DNA of 64,000 bases from Octopus bimaculoides (GCF_001194135.2 NC_068983.1:65385776-65449775); one strand, 5' to 3'; shown: positions 1 to 14,895, numbered from the stretch's first letter. Notes: generated by a model from the sequence alone, not told the origin. A program made the numbers and translations.

Positions 1-1925
1 TATATATATATATATATATATGTGCATATACATTGTTTGTGTGTCTATGTATAAAAATATATACACTTATATAGAAATGAATAAATCTATATCTATATAC
101 ATACATATACAAGTATCATATATATTGTATATCATATATCTTATATACATCCTTTAAGAGACATTTATCCTTAAATTGCTTTCGGTATTTTGCATAAACA
201 AAATATTGTGGTTGAACATTGAAGAAATTATTACGATCAAAGCAATATCTACCACCACAAAATCGCTAGACATTAGATTGAGATTATGACCTCATTTACA
301 TTAATCATGTTGTCGAATAGCCAAACTATTGATGTAACAAGGGAAAATGCTCTTTACATAATTTTGTAAAGGATACAGTCGATAAATTCTCAGAAACACA
401 ATAACTTTTTGGAGATTCTTGTAACACATCGATTACAAAAAGGGATGAACGACATATAGTTTTCGTGTTGCCTTCGAAACACTAAACTACTACATTAACT
501 AAGATTAGACATGTTTACTTTATTTATGGTTTTTCACATTGGTCGAATAGCATCAATAACATGGGTTGTTCGTTTCTTTAATTTCTACAGCAAACGCATA
601 TGCCTATGCACTATACACACTCATGAAAACGTTGCATGATCTTGTGGCGTCTATTCAGAAATACTATGGCATTTGTTCGAATAGGAATTTAAGAATCCGA
701 CAGACAGACCAACTTGTAAATGGTCTTAAAACCTCTATCAATACAGGTAGATGAATTTATTCTAACTGACATATCAACCTTAAATAAGGCCTGCAGTTTA
801 TTTAGTCTCAGAATCTTTGAACTTTTCAACTCTGTATTTCTCCCTTATTTTTCATCTTTCTATATCTTGTGATTTACATTTCCCATATTCTGTGAATAAA
901 TGTTCAAATATACCTTAGTTTATCACTGCATACGCGTTTCTTTACATCGATTGTATAAATAAACCAATACGAAACACCATAAACTGATTTTAACAATAAT
1001 CAAAACTCTCCTTAACACTATGGACATGAGACAGACAGTGTTAAATTATCCACCAGTGTAAGGGCTTTTTATGGGCTAATTCCCGACGTAATGTTTGTAG
1101 TATTGAGGCGATCTCAATCTGTGGTGTTGTTTCGTCCGACTCTAGATTACTATCACAGTTTGATAGATGGTAATGGATGCGTTGCTTGTTACAAAGAGCC
1201 TAAACTTGAATTTTACAAAATAATAAAAATGTGCATCGGATGGAGCTTGTCAAAACTCCGTCTCTCTAACAATTCAACCAATCAATCCACCCTGGTATGA
1301 TAATTTGTTCGCAAGGCCTGTATGTATGAAAGTCTAAGTTGACAAAAAAGCACACGCATCTTTTGAAGTCAAAATGCTTTCAGCTGGAATAAATTGGGAA
1401 AGGTTTTCCATCGAGGACTTCAATCTACATATTTGCCGCATTAGAAATCTTAATATGTAGGAGGATCAAAACACAACACTGATACTGTTACTAATACTTG
1501 CAACTATAATGAAATGATACAAAACGCGAACCGTTATGTGGTAAACAATCCTACCTATGCGTTAAAATATGTGAAACTTGTAAATCAAGCTTTCTTTCGT
1601 AAGAGATAAATGAAGTATCACTAGTTTGTGTTATTAAAAATAAACAGCACCAGTTCATAAACCCATTAACATTTTATTAAACTAGAATCATCTCTGATGT
1701 TTTCATGCTGCGATTTATAATTTAATTTTATAATATATTCAAAAAGCAAACTTTAAATTATATTTTCAAATTAAAATTGTTAATAGAGCTTGTCTTTTTT
1801 ATAGATACATGGCAAAGTTTCAGTGAGATTGTCTTTAAATCTAGCATGTTGGCTCGTTTCAAATACGAACATTAATTAGACAGGAATATCAATAATCACA
1901 CATATATCGAAAGATGAATTTGGAA

Positions 1926-2200
1926 TTACAAACAAGTACGAATGCACACATAACGCTTGCGCGCGCGCACGTACTCGTACTCACTCACACATGCACGCAC
2001 ACACATTGCCGTGAGTGAATGTATGTATGTATGTGTGCGTGCATGTGTATGGTGTGTGTAGGAATATGATGTGCTTCGTGTATTTTTGTATATATTCCAT
2101 ATATGTGAAACATTGTGTGTTTGTATATATGTATAAAAGTATGTTTGCATGTATGTATGAGTGTGTACGCGCCTGTGTGTGAATATATAGAGAGAAGGAA
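1926..2200. repeat. Mixed (CA)/(GT)/(TATG) low-complexity tract
   Basis: Alternating purine-pyrimidine runs; these produce the H/T/Y/I-rich spurious ORFs in the track. Confidence 0.8.
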
Positions 2201-2523
2201 CTACAACAGAAAACGGTATGAATCGATAATACAAACAATTAACACACAAATGCTGAACAGTTGACATCTCATTAACTAAATCAGTAATCTCCTTTTGCTG
2301 ATCACTATAAAACTTTGGAAAGTCAAACTGCACAATTAAAGAATATTTCGGTAACGCAGCATTAAGTGATTTAATTATTTCTCTCCGATTTTAAACGATT
2401 ATAACAACACTCTGATGATTGAATTTTTCAATCTTTCTGTTTCTTAGAATCTTCCGCTCTCACATAACTCTCTGTCTTTTACTGCTAATATGTATGTATA
2501 CATATATGTGCCCGTGTATGCAG

Positions 2524-2524
<1 letters not shown>

Positions 2525-2577
<53 letters not shown>

Positions 2578-2675
2578 NNNNNNNNNNNNNNNNNNNNNNN
2601 NNNNNNNNNNNNNNNNNNNNNNNNNNNNNNNNNNNNNNNNNNNNNNNNNNNNNNNNNATATATATATATATATAT
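2525..2675. repeat. (CA)n, N-gap, (TA)n microsatellite
   Basis: Directly visible; gap 2578-2657. Confidence 0.95.
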
Positions 2676-2678
2676 CCT

Positions 2679-2808
2679 TTATTTAAAAGCAGCAGAAATA
2701 TAACAAAAGACTGTTACTCTGAGTTTCACGTTCCCGTTCATCGGACGAACGGGAACGTGAAACCCAGAGTAACAGTCTTTTTGTTATATTTCCACTGCTT
2801 TTAAATAA
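2679..2808. mobile_element. Fold-back element: about 61-bp arms, 7-nt loop; head-to-head hammerhead 3' halves (probable PLE pLTR remnant)
   Basis: ttatttaaaagcagcagaaatataacaaaagactgttactctgagtttcacgttcccgttc / gaacgggaacgtgaaacccagagtaacagtctttttgttatatttccactgcttttaaataa. Minus strand reads CCGATGA-ACG-GGAA-CGT-GAAA-CTCAGAGT-A-ACAGT. The inverted repeat is certain; the origin is inferred. Confidence 0.75.
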
Positions 2809-4602
2809 TGTATATTACTCTACCTCTGGTGTTTGAGTACTCTTTTTTCCACCTTGTTGCACATTTTATGTGCTTACTCCTATATATATATGTATATATA
2901 TATATATATATATACATAAATGTGTGCGTATGTGTGTACGTGTGTATGTATATACATATATAACTCCCGTCACCTTCAGTTGCTTTAATCAAAGCACCGC
3001 AATGAACGGTTTAGTTGAATAAATCGACCTCACACCTTTTTTTAAGTTTGCTAAGATTCTGTCGGACAATTTTGTCGAATATGTAAGTTACGGGAACATA
3101 AACCATAAACATATCAACGCCATTAGTAAAGCGATAGTGGAAGGTAGACACAAACGCAAACACATACACTAAGGCACATGCATACACACACACGCACACT
3201 CTCAAAAACAAGCGCAGCTACATATATTTACATATGCATACATTTATATGTATGTCTCCACATATATATAATGATTGCTATACCATTTACACTTCGCTTA
3301 AGGGAATCAATTTACAGATTTTATCCGGTTTTCTGTAGTATATTATTTCTCCAAATTTGGGCGAAGTTTCGGTGAGAAATATGTAGCTCTATTAAGACAA
3401 AGCCCTGATTTCTTGATAATAACTAACGCAGCTGAATATATCCTTTAACTTGATAGAGCGCTTCTATGAAAAGAATAGTTTGCAGAACAGTGTCATAATC
3501 ATTTACATTGTTATGATGTTTATTCTTGTGTAAAATGGGAAAGTATTAACATTGATTCATATCTGTTGATTTTATTATGGTCCCCTCTTTATTTTCTTGT
3601 GTAATTCAATGTACAAATGAGAAGTGTATGACTTTCTTCTGGAATTTGGACCTACTTTCATGTTTTCGTTTCACATGATTTTAAAATCCTTCCAAGCCTT
3701 GCTGTTGGTATGATGGATCCTGATGCGCAGTCACTATACTATGGATGCTCCTTCCATGTGTAGTATTGTTTTCATTAGTTTGTAGGCAATAGTTTGTACT
3801 GCCTTCATTGGCTTGTGGCAGGTTATCCGGTTTCTATGTATTTGGTTGTTTGGTACTATTTTCCATGTACATTCATATTCTGAACAGTTCCATTTCAATT
3901 TGTGTGATCATATAATAACATGATCACATTAGAAATCTCCATCCATCCACAACTGTGTTTGCAGTGATATTTTCCTCACTTCATACTTTTTCTCTGCAAC
4001 TTCGATCTTCTTTTGGATTTATTCTTAATTGACAAATAAGAAGGTAATATTTTAGTTTGACGCTCTTTAAAAAGACATTCCTACTTAATTTTTAGTTTAA
4101 TTTGCAAACTTCTTTAAGGAGTTTTGACAGTTAAGGCTTTTCAGAGGGGTAAAACTCTGGGCCAGGGTTTTCGTTATTTTTGTATTATGATAGCGAATTA
4201 CTCCATGTTATGAAACTACGAACACATCCTGACTCAACCAATAATGTTATAGAAGACGAATGATTTATCAATGGACATAGTTGAGATTTTATTAAATAAT
4301 GTTGATTTTACTTATATTTTCGTTAGTCTCATTTGGTCTAGATCCTATACAAATGTTTGTTTTAATTCCCCGAGTGTTTAATCCTTATTTTGCAGGCGCT
4401 TGTTAGTTCAAATATGCATTTCCATGTAGAAAACACGTATAATATATATTATATGCATGAATTGAATTTACAGGGATCATTTCATTCTGATTATATTCAA
4501 AATTCCATTCGACATGATTCTAACACTAGTCACCCCATATTTACTCATATGGATTTATTTCAAAAGTATATATATAAAGCCTTATCATACGTAAAAAATA
4601 CA

Positions 4603-4772
4603 GGCGCATGAGTGGTTGTATGGTAAGAAGCTTGCTTCCCAACCACATGTTCTGCATTTGGTCCCACTACTTGGCACTTTGGAAAACTGTCTTCTACTAT
4701 AGCTTCGGGCCGACCAAAGGGTTGTGAGTGGATTTGGTAGACGGAAACTGAGAAAATACCATCGTATATATA
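4603..4772 (+). mobile_element. tRNA-derived SINE family A, head portion
   Basis: ggcgcatgagtggttgtatggtaag...gtcccactacttggcactttgg...ttggtagacggaaactg, then (TA). Homologous to copies at 40860-41006 and 57680-57840. Confidence 0.85.
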
Positions 4773-6939
4773 TTTCTTTGGAACTGTTTTAAATCGATAA
4801 TTAGGATTGCTGACTACTGCCAATGTATCTTACATTTAATCCTTAATTCAACGTTTTTTAAATCTCAAATTTAATATGATTTTTAATTGATATATCAACC
4901 TTTATTTATTTATCTTTTCCACGTAGTTTTTTTTTACCTCATATAACACTTATTTCTTTCTAAATAATATATAGATATGGTCCTTGTCTTGATGCAATTT
5001 TATGTTATTCGTATTTATTATGTTGATATAAATCGGAAATATAAAATGATTATATAATTTTTTGTCTCTTCTTATACCTAGTTATATAATATATATACTT
5101 AAATATATATACATACATATATACAGAAACATATAAATAAGCATTATGTATATAGGTATGTATGGATATATACACATATGTGTGTTTGTGTGAGTATATA
5201 TATATATACCAGTGATACGGATGAATGAATCTTTTGGTCTGTATTTTCTGCCGTTATCCCAGTTCGAACCAGTCTTGATAACGTATACTGATTGACAGTA
5301 ATTTTTTGAAGTTTCTTTGATTGAAAATAATTTGAATGGAAGATAATCCTCGAACACATATTTTCTCGTTGTGTATGTATCAAGATATAAGACATAATGT
5401 CGATATAACCGAAAAAGTTATTCATCGAACAGCTGCAGCTTTCTTGGTAGAAATAATGTGTCAGTTGGTGTCTATGAGAAATGCTTCTTAAGCTCTGATT
5501 GTATTCTTAGATGTGAAGCATTCGTCCATTTCTGTAGTTATCTGTTATCATACATAACATGAAGACTTCAGAAAAGTTAAATTTACAGCAGTACTAACAG
5601 CTATCCAGAATTTAGCAGACGCTATAGACAACGGTCAAGGAGGCATAAATGCATCTTATTATTTCCCTAGTCGTTGCTGGGAATGTTTTTTTGTCCCTCC
5701 GATATATATTGTTTTTCTTTGTTTTTTTTTTTTGTTTTTTTTTTAATACAGAACGTCTATTAGAGATATAATCTCCAATTGAATACCGCAGTAAATTGGC
5801 TTTCCGTTATATATCTACATTACGTTTCATACACATATATGGTTATTTTAATACTCCTTGTATAGCATATAACGTATTCCAGTTCTATGTTGCGTACGAA
5901 TGAGCGATACATTTCTCAGTAGTTTTTGCGTCACTGTCCATATCATATATCTAAACGATTTCAAACAATTTGTAAATGGTTTTGTGAAATAAGTAAGAAA
6001 ATAAGATATTCGTTCCGATAAACAACGGAAGCCACATAACAGATTTTAACTCGCGCAAATGAGCTGCTACCCAATATCTCGTGATTTAAGTAAGACAAAG
6101 ACATAGTAATTTACATTTAGTTTTAACTAGCTTCAAAATCCCATATTTTACGGGAATATGTGTAATGGGTATTCTCTAGTATTTACAGACCTTTGTAAGT
6201 CACAGAATATATTTTCCTTACTTATCTTTGTAGACATGAAACTATAGAATGATTGGCAGCATAATTGAATATTACATTTTAAGAAGAAAAAAACATCTTA
6301 AGAACATTAACTCATAGCAGACTGTAGTTTTTTCTATTTCTCACATGATATACATATATCAGCATAATATAAACAGAATAATATAGATAAATAATATAAA
6401 CATAATAGAAATAGAAATGTTGCTCTCGCATACTCAAATATCTGAACACATTTTGTTAAATGTGTCCAATTGTGGATTTACCAATTCTTCAATGTTTATA
6501 TATTTCAGTCGATTCTGTGTAAATTTCATGGAATATTTGTGTTATGGTTCGCTATACAAACGAAAGGAGAATTACATATCGTCAATAGATTGCATATCTA
6601 TTTCAGTATCTTTGGTGAATGTCTTCCAAAATCGGTATTCAAATATACTTCCTCAAAATGATTAAATATTCACAGCTGAAAGGATTGTTTAACAAAAATT
6701 ACTTGAGAATTATATTTACTCTGGCAGTTTCTAAAGCAACAGAATTAGTCAGAAACAAATAGTGCCATTTATTGTTGTAGTCTTTTACATATTTTCCTAT
6801 GTTCAAGGATATTTCGACCTCTATCATTTTGTGTGCAACATACTACAGGTCATGCTGTCTTGTTAAATTGCACGTAACTTGGCATCTGAAATACATGAAA
6901 CAGCTCGTATGTTAAGTTAGAGGAAATCGCATATTCTTT

Positions 6940-7072
6940 TCTACTCAAGGCACAAAGCCGGAAATTTTGGGGGAGGGGGCAGTTGATTAGATCGACACTA
7001 GTATGCAACTGGTACTTAATTTATCGACCCCGATAGATTGAAAGGTAAAGTCGACCTCGGCGGAATTTGAAA
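6940..7072 (-). mobile_element. SINE family B (Nin/Deu-domain-like), 3' part
   Basis: rc: ttcaaattccgccgaggtcgactttacctttcaatctatcggggtcgataaattaagtaccag; matches 49340-49500. Confidence 0.85.
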
Positions 7073-10000
7073 TAATAAGAAGGACAGTATATATTTTATT
7101 ATTATTTTTAATTTTTTAATATTTCTAATGTTTTAATTAATATTATATATATACCATTGGTTCTTAATTCATCTCCAAAGAGCAGAGTTACTGATAGTAA
7201 GCTGATCTTTTGATCACTTTGTGATTATAGTAATATCCGCGAAACGATCGTCAGATATTTAACTCTTTAAATTTTAGGTTTTTTATATTTTATATTTTAG
7301 ACTTTACAATATTCATGCTTAATTACGCATAAATTTTTATACGCATTTATATTCACACGTATATTTATCTACATTCATATTTTTATACATATTTATATTT
7401 ATATTTCGTATATTTATATTTTAAATTTTAAATTTATTATATTACCATGTCATTTTGGATATATATCTTTCGAAATATTAAATATTGATTTCCTGAGTAT
7501 ATTATTGATAAGTCTATGAATTTATTAATAATATAANNNNNNNNNNNNNNNNNNNNNNNNNNNNNNNNNNNNNNNNNNNNNNNNNNNNNNNNNNNNNNNN
7601 NNNNNNNNNNNNNNNNNNNNNNNNNNNNNNNNNNNNNNNNNNNNNNNNNNNNNNNNNNNNNNNNNNNNNNNNNNNNNNNNNNNNNNNNNNNNNNNNNNNN
7701 NNNNNNNNNNNNNNNNNNNNNNNNNNNNNNNNNNNNNNNNNNNNNNNNNNNNNNNNNNNNNNNNNNNNNNNNNNNNNNNNNNNNNNNNNNNNNNNNNNNN
7801 NNNNNNNNNNNNNNNNNNNNNNNNNNNNNNNNNNNNNNNNNNNNNNNNNNNNNNNNNNNNNNNNNNNNNNNNNNNNNNNNNNNNNNNNNNNNNNNNNNNN
7901 NNNNNNNNNNNNNNNNNNNNNNNNNNNNNNNNNNNNNNNNNNNNNNNNNNNNNNNNNNNNTATATATATATATATATATATATATATGCCCATCGTTCGC
8001 CAATAGTAGGCATATTCAATAAATTATATTCATGAAGTTCGTTCATCAAAGCATAGTTGCAACCCAGTGAGGGTATCTCCGGGCAATACTTGATTTTCTC
8101 AACTTGGTGATCTCATTTTCTTCAAATCGTGTCCGACTCTCGTGGTCAGTATTAAAATTAGAAATCAAAAGTGAATTGAATAATGGCCTGAGGAATATAT
8201 ACAAGTACGTAATGATCAGGGATGTAATGCACATGATTCTGATAGTAATCATTTGACCCGGAATTGGGACTAAAAAGTATTAAAACAAAAGAAAACAAAC
8301 AAAATACAATTCTTATCTTCTAATAAAGCTCTAAATATTTTGCAGTTTATTTTAATCTCACACCTCTTAGATAATCGCATATTTTGTTTCTAGTAGTGCA
8401 TTCTAGACCCACGATACTTAATATGTATATCCTGTTTGTAAGAAAGATCATGAGACTTAAATTTTTGTCGTTCTTATAATAGCTCAAGCATGTAGAGACC
8501 CTCCTAGAGTGCCATATCCCATTGAAATTGTGATATTTTTCACCATCATAAAGTTTGCAATTGCATTGAGTCTAATACATTTTCAACGGACTTTACACCT
8601 ATTTAACATGATTTTATTCTTGAAAACATCGAAACGTCATTCGTAATAATGCCTTTGCTGATAATCTTCTAAGTTGAACGTAATGCAACGGCAATAACAA
8701 AATATTATTTGTTATGCGTCTCCAGAACTTTTTTTTTTTCATAACATATGACTGGCATAGCAACTACAAAAACACACTAACATCTTGAAATAACTTCAAC
8801 TAATTAAAGAATGTCGATAAATTTTAAACGTAAAATAGACATGCAGAAGGCATTAATTTGATGGCGTCCATGAGAATCATTTTTATCTTTAGATTTTTAT
8901 GGTGTTTCATTTAAATTGCCAGCGTGTCAGCGTCTGGAGCATCAAAGATAAAAATGACTTCTTTCATTTTGAATTAAGATGACTCATCATATTTGGTTAT
9001 GTTCTTTACTACATTTTTAATATTTGCTACATATATCGACAAGTAATGAAACAAGATATGTCAACAAAAATTATAAAATAATTCTTTTCGGATTCGCCAA
9101 GTAGTTTCTATAGATATATGCCGGACATTATGCACACATATAGCCTCACTTTCTCGCGTCTACACATGCACCAAAATTAAGCAAGGTACGCTCAAAGACA
9201 CATTCGTATAAGCATACAGGCGGTGCAGAGCGAGATAGGCATGTGTATATATATATATAGATATGTGCGTGCGTGTGTGCGTTTGTGTGTGTGTATGTTT
9301 GCATGTATGTACTTGCGTGCCTGCATAGTAATGATATATCAAGCACACATAGGTACTAACACCACAATATGAACACGATGCCGTAGGTTCATAATTATAT
9401 CTTCGTTGACTGCAAATAGACGGGTTGTTCGGGTTCCAGGCAGCTAAATGCAGGATAAGCAGCTATAACTTTTACTGCTTGTCATGAAAAATTAGCAAAT
9501 CTCAATTGCCACAACAAAGAGACTGTCTGCTCGTACACATGAATTACACTTACGCATGCGTACGAGTTTCACATACTACTTTGCTATAAAAGAAAATATT
9601 GACTCCGCATTGTGCTTATAAACATTTTCATCGTTCACGTCCTTCAATGATCGATATGATATATTTTAAGGATTTAATGATTACTACTGATGAAAATAAG
9701 AATTATCAAATTTAAGAACATCATGTACCTAATATATATGTGTGTGCTTATTTGTTCTTGCATATGTATGCATGTATGCGTATGTATGTCTGTAAACCCT
9801 GCGAATAAATTTATTTAAGACATCCGTCACTTAGGTGACGCAAATGGTAAGCGATAAATTTCTTCTAATCACTTGCAAACAAAATTCTAATGCCGTTGGC
9901 ATATTTGTTAACTGGCTTTTGCTGATTTTCTGAGATGAATAATTACTATTTTTATAAGTAGATTTTTTATAAACTAATGTCTGCCTCTTTGGATTTATAA

Positions 10001-10425
10001 ACATGATGTTTTGAATGTTAAAATCTATAGACGTTTTGCAGATACCTATTCTATTCGGCTATGATCTCGATCCGAACTCAATCGACAGGAATTGATAATT
10101 CTTATTTCGTTGACTGTACTCAGGTATTGTAAAGGTAGTCATTGACCTTCAGTAGCAGTATTAGTTAGTAGTCAACATTTCCTCTGACGGAAGCATTGCC
10201 TGAGAGGAATGGCATGGAGTGCATAGAATATGTTGGTGAAATGGTTTATGAAACATGTCATGTGTGATCGGGAACTAATGCATCGATTGAGTCTTAAGTT
10301 TTCTATTTCCAGTGGGGAAAAATACATTTAACCCAAGGACAACTTAATCAATATATACAGGATTATGCATAGAATAATACCCGGAGCGTGAACAACGCAT
10401 GACGAACACGAATAAAGGGACTACT

Positions 10426-10953
10426 TCAAAAACATTCAGACAATATAACAGAACATAGCAGACCAATCCATTGAGGAATGTAGAGAGAACAGCAAACTGA
10501 ATTTTGTAACTCTAAAATGAAGTCTCTAAAGTTTAAGTACCTTACAACCTTATGTTTAATGTGCAGACCTTTACTTTTCCTTTCTATATGTATATTCCAG
10601 ACGTCTTCAGATGCATCATGTACGAGATCTATAACCGTAAACTGCGGCCTATAAACTGTCACATCTCTTTGAAATTGTGATGTCTTCTCTAAAAAGGAGC
10701 ATCCGTTGCATGTCCTTAAACAAAGGTGCAAGTTATTCATGTTCCCAAAACCTTGAATCGCACGTAATATTGATGAGGACTCTTCATTTCTATGTGTCAA
10801 GCCACAACAAACTCGCTTTATAATGAAAACTAGCAAACTACAAAATGAAAGAAATCTAGAGTTGAGAATCAACGAGCAGTCAATAAACTTTTGAAGTAAT
10901 TCGAAAAATGCCGATGTTGAAGAAGTGGTTAAAATGAGAAAAAATAAAACTAT
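10426..10953 (-). CDS. Candidate coding exon or pseudo-ORF, unknown product (175 codons without a stop)
   Basis: Track ORF 10426-10872 extends in frame to 10953 (IVLFFLILTTSSTSAFFELLQKFIDCSLILNSRF...RVCCGLTHRNEE...CF*). It is not low complexity and shows no TE motif I recognise. Confidence 0.35.
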   Translation of the reverse strand: MVLFFLILTTSSTSAFFELLQKFIDCSLILNSRFLSFCSLLVFIIKRVCCGLTHRNEESSSILRAIQGFGNMNNLHLCLRTCNGCSFLEKTSQFQRDVTVYRPQFTVIDLVHDASEDVWNIHIERKSKGLHIKHKVVRYLNFRDFILELQNSVCCSLYIPQWIGLLCSVILSECF

Positions 10954-13900
10954 TCACATCAGGCGAACTTCTGCATTTGATTTCATTTGTTTAAATTAAT
11001 TTTCTTGAATAATTAATTATGTATGGTGGCACCGAATGAGCTGTTAGTTGTTGGTTTGGTGATTGATCACAAATCTCTTATATTTTGACGTAGTACTAAG
11101 GTACAAAACAATACCATTTTAAGCGTCTTAGATAATCCAGCCGCGTTAATTCCATGAACTGAAAATTTGTTATTGTGAATGAAATAATTTGATAATTTTC
11201 CATATCCAAAACAACGCTGAAACATTATATACATTATTCGTTTCGCAAGGTGATTGTTGCATATTCTAGACAAACCATTTTAATCGTTGTTCAACGAGCA
11301 GCAGAAACTCTCATACTCTACATCACTCAATCATCTGTATATTATTTGGGAAATTGTAACACTTAAATGAAATTTGTTCTTGCTGAGAAATAAAAAAATT
11401 GTGTCCTTAAGATAAATGACTTGTCCTTTGAGAGATGTTCTTTAGAAATTTATATATTTGCCACATTTTCAAAATTGCTGTTGGGATGTATTTATTCCAT
11501 CGTTAGAAACTGTATGTTGACGATCTTTTTTTTTTATATAAATTAAATTAAACGTAGTTCAGTACCTGCGTACTTGTGACTGCCTTGTACTTATGTATTG
11601 GAGAATTCCCAAATGAAACTTCTATCCGAAAACGGAAATATATTTACACACGGATAAACTACTGTAAAGACAAAGACGTTCGAGCACAAAATATATACAA
11701 CAGAAATAGAATTTATGCTTATGGAAATAAATCGATTCCAGTATTTTCTTGTAATTCTATATAACTATAATTACTGCGAATATGATTAGACAGAGATACA
11801 GTTTGTACATTTTCGTTTCCACACAATTTCTGATAAAAAATCTTACCATGAATATACATCGTAAAGTATATTTAACAATTATAGAAAATCATTTAAAGCA
11901 TATTACATGTCCATTTCTATCCATTATAAGTAGAGTAGTTTTAGTGAAGTAACGATTATTAGCATTCTGCTTACATGAGGTCTCCTATTAAAAATACTGA
12001 GATGAATTAAATCACATACTTTTATCATCCTCCATATATCGCAAAAAATATGCTACTGAAAAGCTATGTATAGATTTTGAATATGGAACTTCGTGTACAA
12101 GTTTGTTTTGATGAGTATAAAATTCAGCGTCATGAACAATTTTCATCAATGCAGCTGACAAGATATCTAGGCAATATGATGTTTTTATTTTTATAGATCT
12201 TTAAACGGACTTGACTATAAACCAACAAGAACCGCAGTATGTACCAAAGCCAATTAACTAATTTGATTAATTATACCCAATATAATAGGGTTTATTTAAG
12301 AAATTACGTACGATATTTCCCTTAATATACTTAACCATACATTATCGTCTACACAAACTCTTCATATACATGTATTATAGCACCAATGAATCTTGCTGCA
12401 TAAAAAACACGTCTTCGTGAAGCGCATCGGGAATTAGCATCGCATATTCAACGCTTCTATAAAGGTTATATATTTAGGATGAACATGTGGATACTGAGTA
12501 AGAAAACTTTAAATGAACAGATAATGCAGCAGTTTATATGATTTTTTAAATATTAATTTTGAAACAAAGTTCAGAAACATGTAATCCGTTTACGATTTTA
12601 CAGCTCTTTGACTCAGTTTTATCACTCATTTGAAACAAACTCAAAACACGTATATATATGGTACCCGAGAAGCAGCGAAGATATATGTGTTGCGATATCT
12701 TAAAGTAAAATCAATTGAGAAAACCATGCATCTGCATTAATAACATTAATAATAACTCAACTACATGAGGTATATTATGCAATATCCTTACGCCGATATC
12801 ATTATTTTTCAAAACATGCAAGCAACATGTAAACAAGTTTTCTGTTTGTGTGGCTAATTAAGAAAATATTATAGTAGGCAAATTTAGAAACTGTGGGTGG
12901 GATATGGTTTCGATGGTATAAAATCTGACATCTAAATCGTATTTCATGTCATTGATACATGTTGCCTGAATGTGGTGTATTGGCATATGACATAAATTGC
13001 TTGCACTAGCTTCAAGGACTCTGGAGAACCCTAATTAGATATCATAAAATGGCCTCTTCAACTGCATCCTTTCCATAAACCAAGCACTTGTAATTATATT
13101 GAATTTCTATGTAGTAATTATTCATAAAATTCACAAGGGAGAATGGAATAACAGTCTTAGTTTTGCCATGAGATTCGGTAACATAAAATTAATGAAACCT
13201 TGTCAATTACACAGTTGAGGAAGCCTCTATTCTAGAAGCACATCCATAATTTAATCCAACTAATTGTTTTAGTTAGATTTCTGATTTTTAGAGGAAGAGC
13301 ATGGCGGGCTGTGTTCATGTTTTAAAGATTTAAGTTAACAATGCAAGACAAGTTTAAAATGTGTAATTTTAAGAAACTATTGAAACTGTGCAGCACCATT
13401 TTTAGTATGTGTAGCACTGGTTATTTTGGAAAAGCTTCGAACTAACCATTATGATATTTCATAAATTTCATAACTACTTCTGTTGTGTCCAAGAGAATTG
13501 AAGAATTGGTAAAATTGGAATAATTTGAATAACCTAAAATATCTTCAAATACTAATTTGGTTGCAATGATATTCTATACCTGTTTTGATAAACATTGCTG
13601 CTTCCGTCTATATTTGATGTACATCATGAATCACACCCCTTGAATCGTTCGGTAATCTGTCATTATATATCTCTTTGTCTGTCATCATATCACGCAGTTG
13701 TTCTCTCTCGTTACTTCTATCTGGGTATATCACATCTCTTATTGTCTTTCTTAACTTATCATATTGATAATTTCTCTCTGTTCCTGTTTTTGGTTCACCT
13801 TAATTTCTACATCCGTCTCTTTTCTCATTTTTTAATGTCTTCATTCTTTACACACTCAAACATTTCTCTTTCTTTATATTCAAATCCTCTTTCCAAACAC

Positions 13901-14895
13901 TTTCCCCAACTTTGTTTGTCTTTTTTTTTTTTTGTTATTTCTTTTACTCGTTTTCAGTTTCATACAAAGAAATCCCCATGAGTGAAATATGTTTTCTTCC
14001 GGAAATGTATCCAGGACACTTCTGTCAGCTCGATAATTATCATTTCCCTTCCCTTCCAATTTATTGTCATAAAATCATAACCGATTTAGAATGTTTCTGA
14101 ATAGGGAAAATCCATTTAATAACTCAATTGAAAAGCATTTGAACTACTGTTCAGATTATTGCCTTCGGCAAACTAAGTTTCGGCGCATGTGTTTCTGAAA
14201 TTTCTTCATTATTGCAACTGATTGTTTTCCACTTTCCCAAACATCAAACTATCATTTTGTATTATATGGCATTACTGTTGATTTTAAATGATTTCCTACA
14301 ATGTCAATTCAATTTCAATGCTAAATTTAGAGAAATATCGCTCTCAGATATCTACGTTGGTGATGCCAGGCTCTAGCTGCAGAGGGTAACCCTGAAACAG
14401 ACATTAAGCAGTGATTGTGCTAAGATATATAAATCCTAAGAGCTCCTTTTTAGTCAGCAATCGCATTAACGGAACACGTGCCTCGGTAATTTGGCTGTCG
14501 TCCTTTCATACTGCAGTACTATAAGACAGGCGTCAGAATATTAGACAGTGACAGAATAACAGAATACATAGGAAATGAGAGATGGACCTGAGGATAGAAA
14601 AAAACAGCGATATATAAACCAAACCGCCGATCAATGTGCTGAAAATAGCAATGCATTCTATCTTATGTAACAGCCTACCACTATACTAATTGAAGAATTA
14701 AGTACACAAGTATACCAGTTATCAATGCATGACGATAACCGATTGCATGAGAGCACGATCTGTGCTCAACTGAATCTCTACCACATCTTTCGAAGCGTCG
14801 CATGTTGTGGTAGTCGGCAAAATTGAGGATGTGTGAAAAATAGGCAAAATATGCTTGAGTTTCTCATAGTTAATAGAAACAAAGCCAAATCTAGC

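Noticed and set aside
3540-4250. Possible decayed Penelope or LINE coding remnant on the minus strand
   Set aside because: Only vague motif echoes with many stops; cannot be supported without an HMM search.
7231-7260. GAAA-CGATCGT-C hammerhead-like 3' half
   Set aside because: No CUGANGA core or 5' stem II strand upstream on that strand.
8046-8252. 68-aa ORF with hydrophobic N-terminus
   Set aside because: Within chance length for AT-rich DNA; no family motif or convincing splice context.
8600-8645. CATC-GAAA-CGT-C motif
   Set aside because: Core absent; too degenerate to call.
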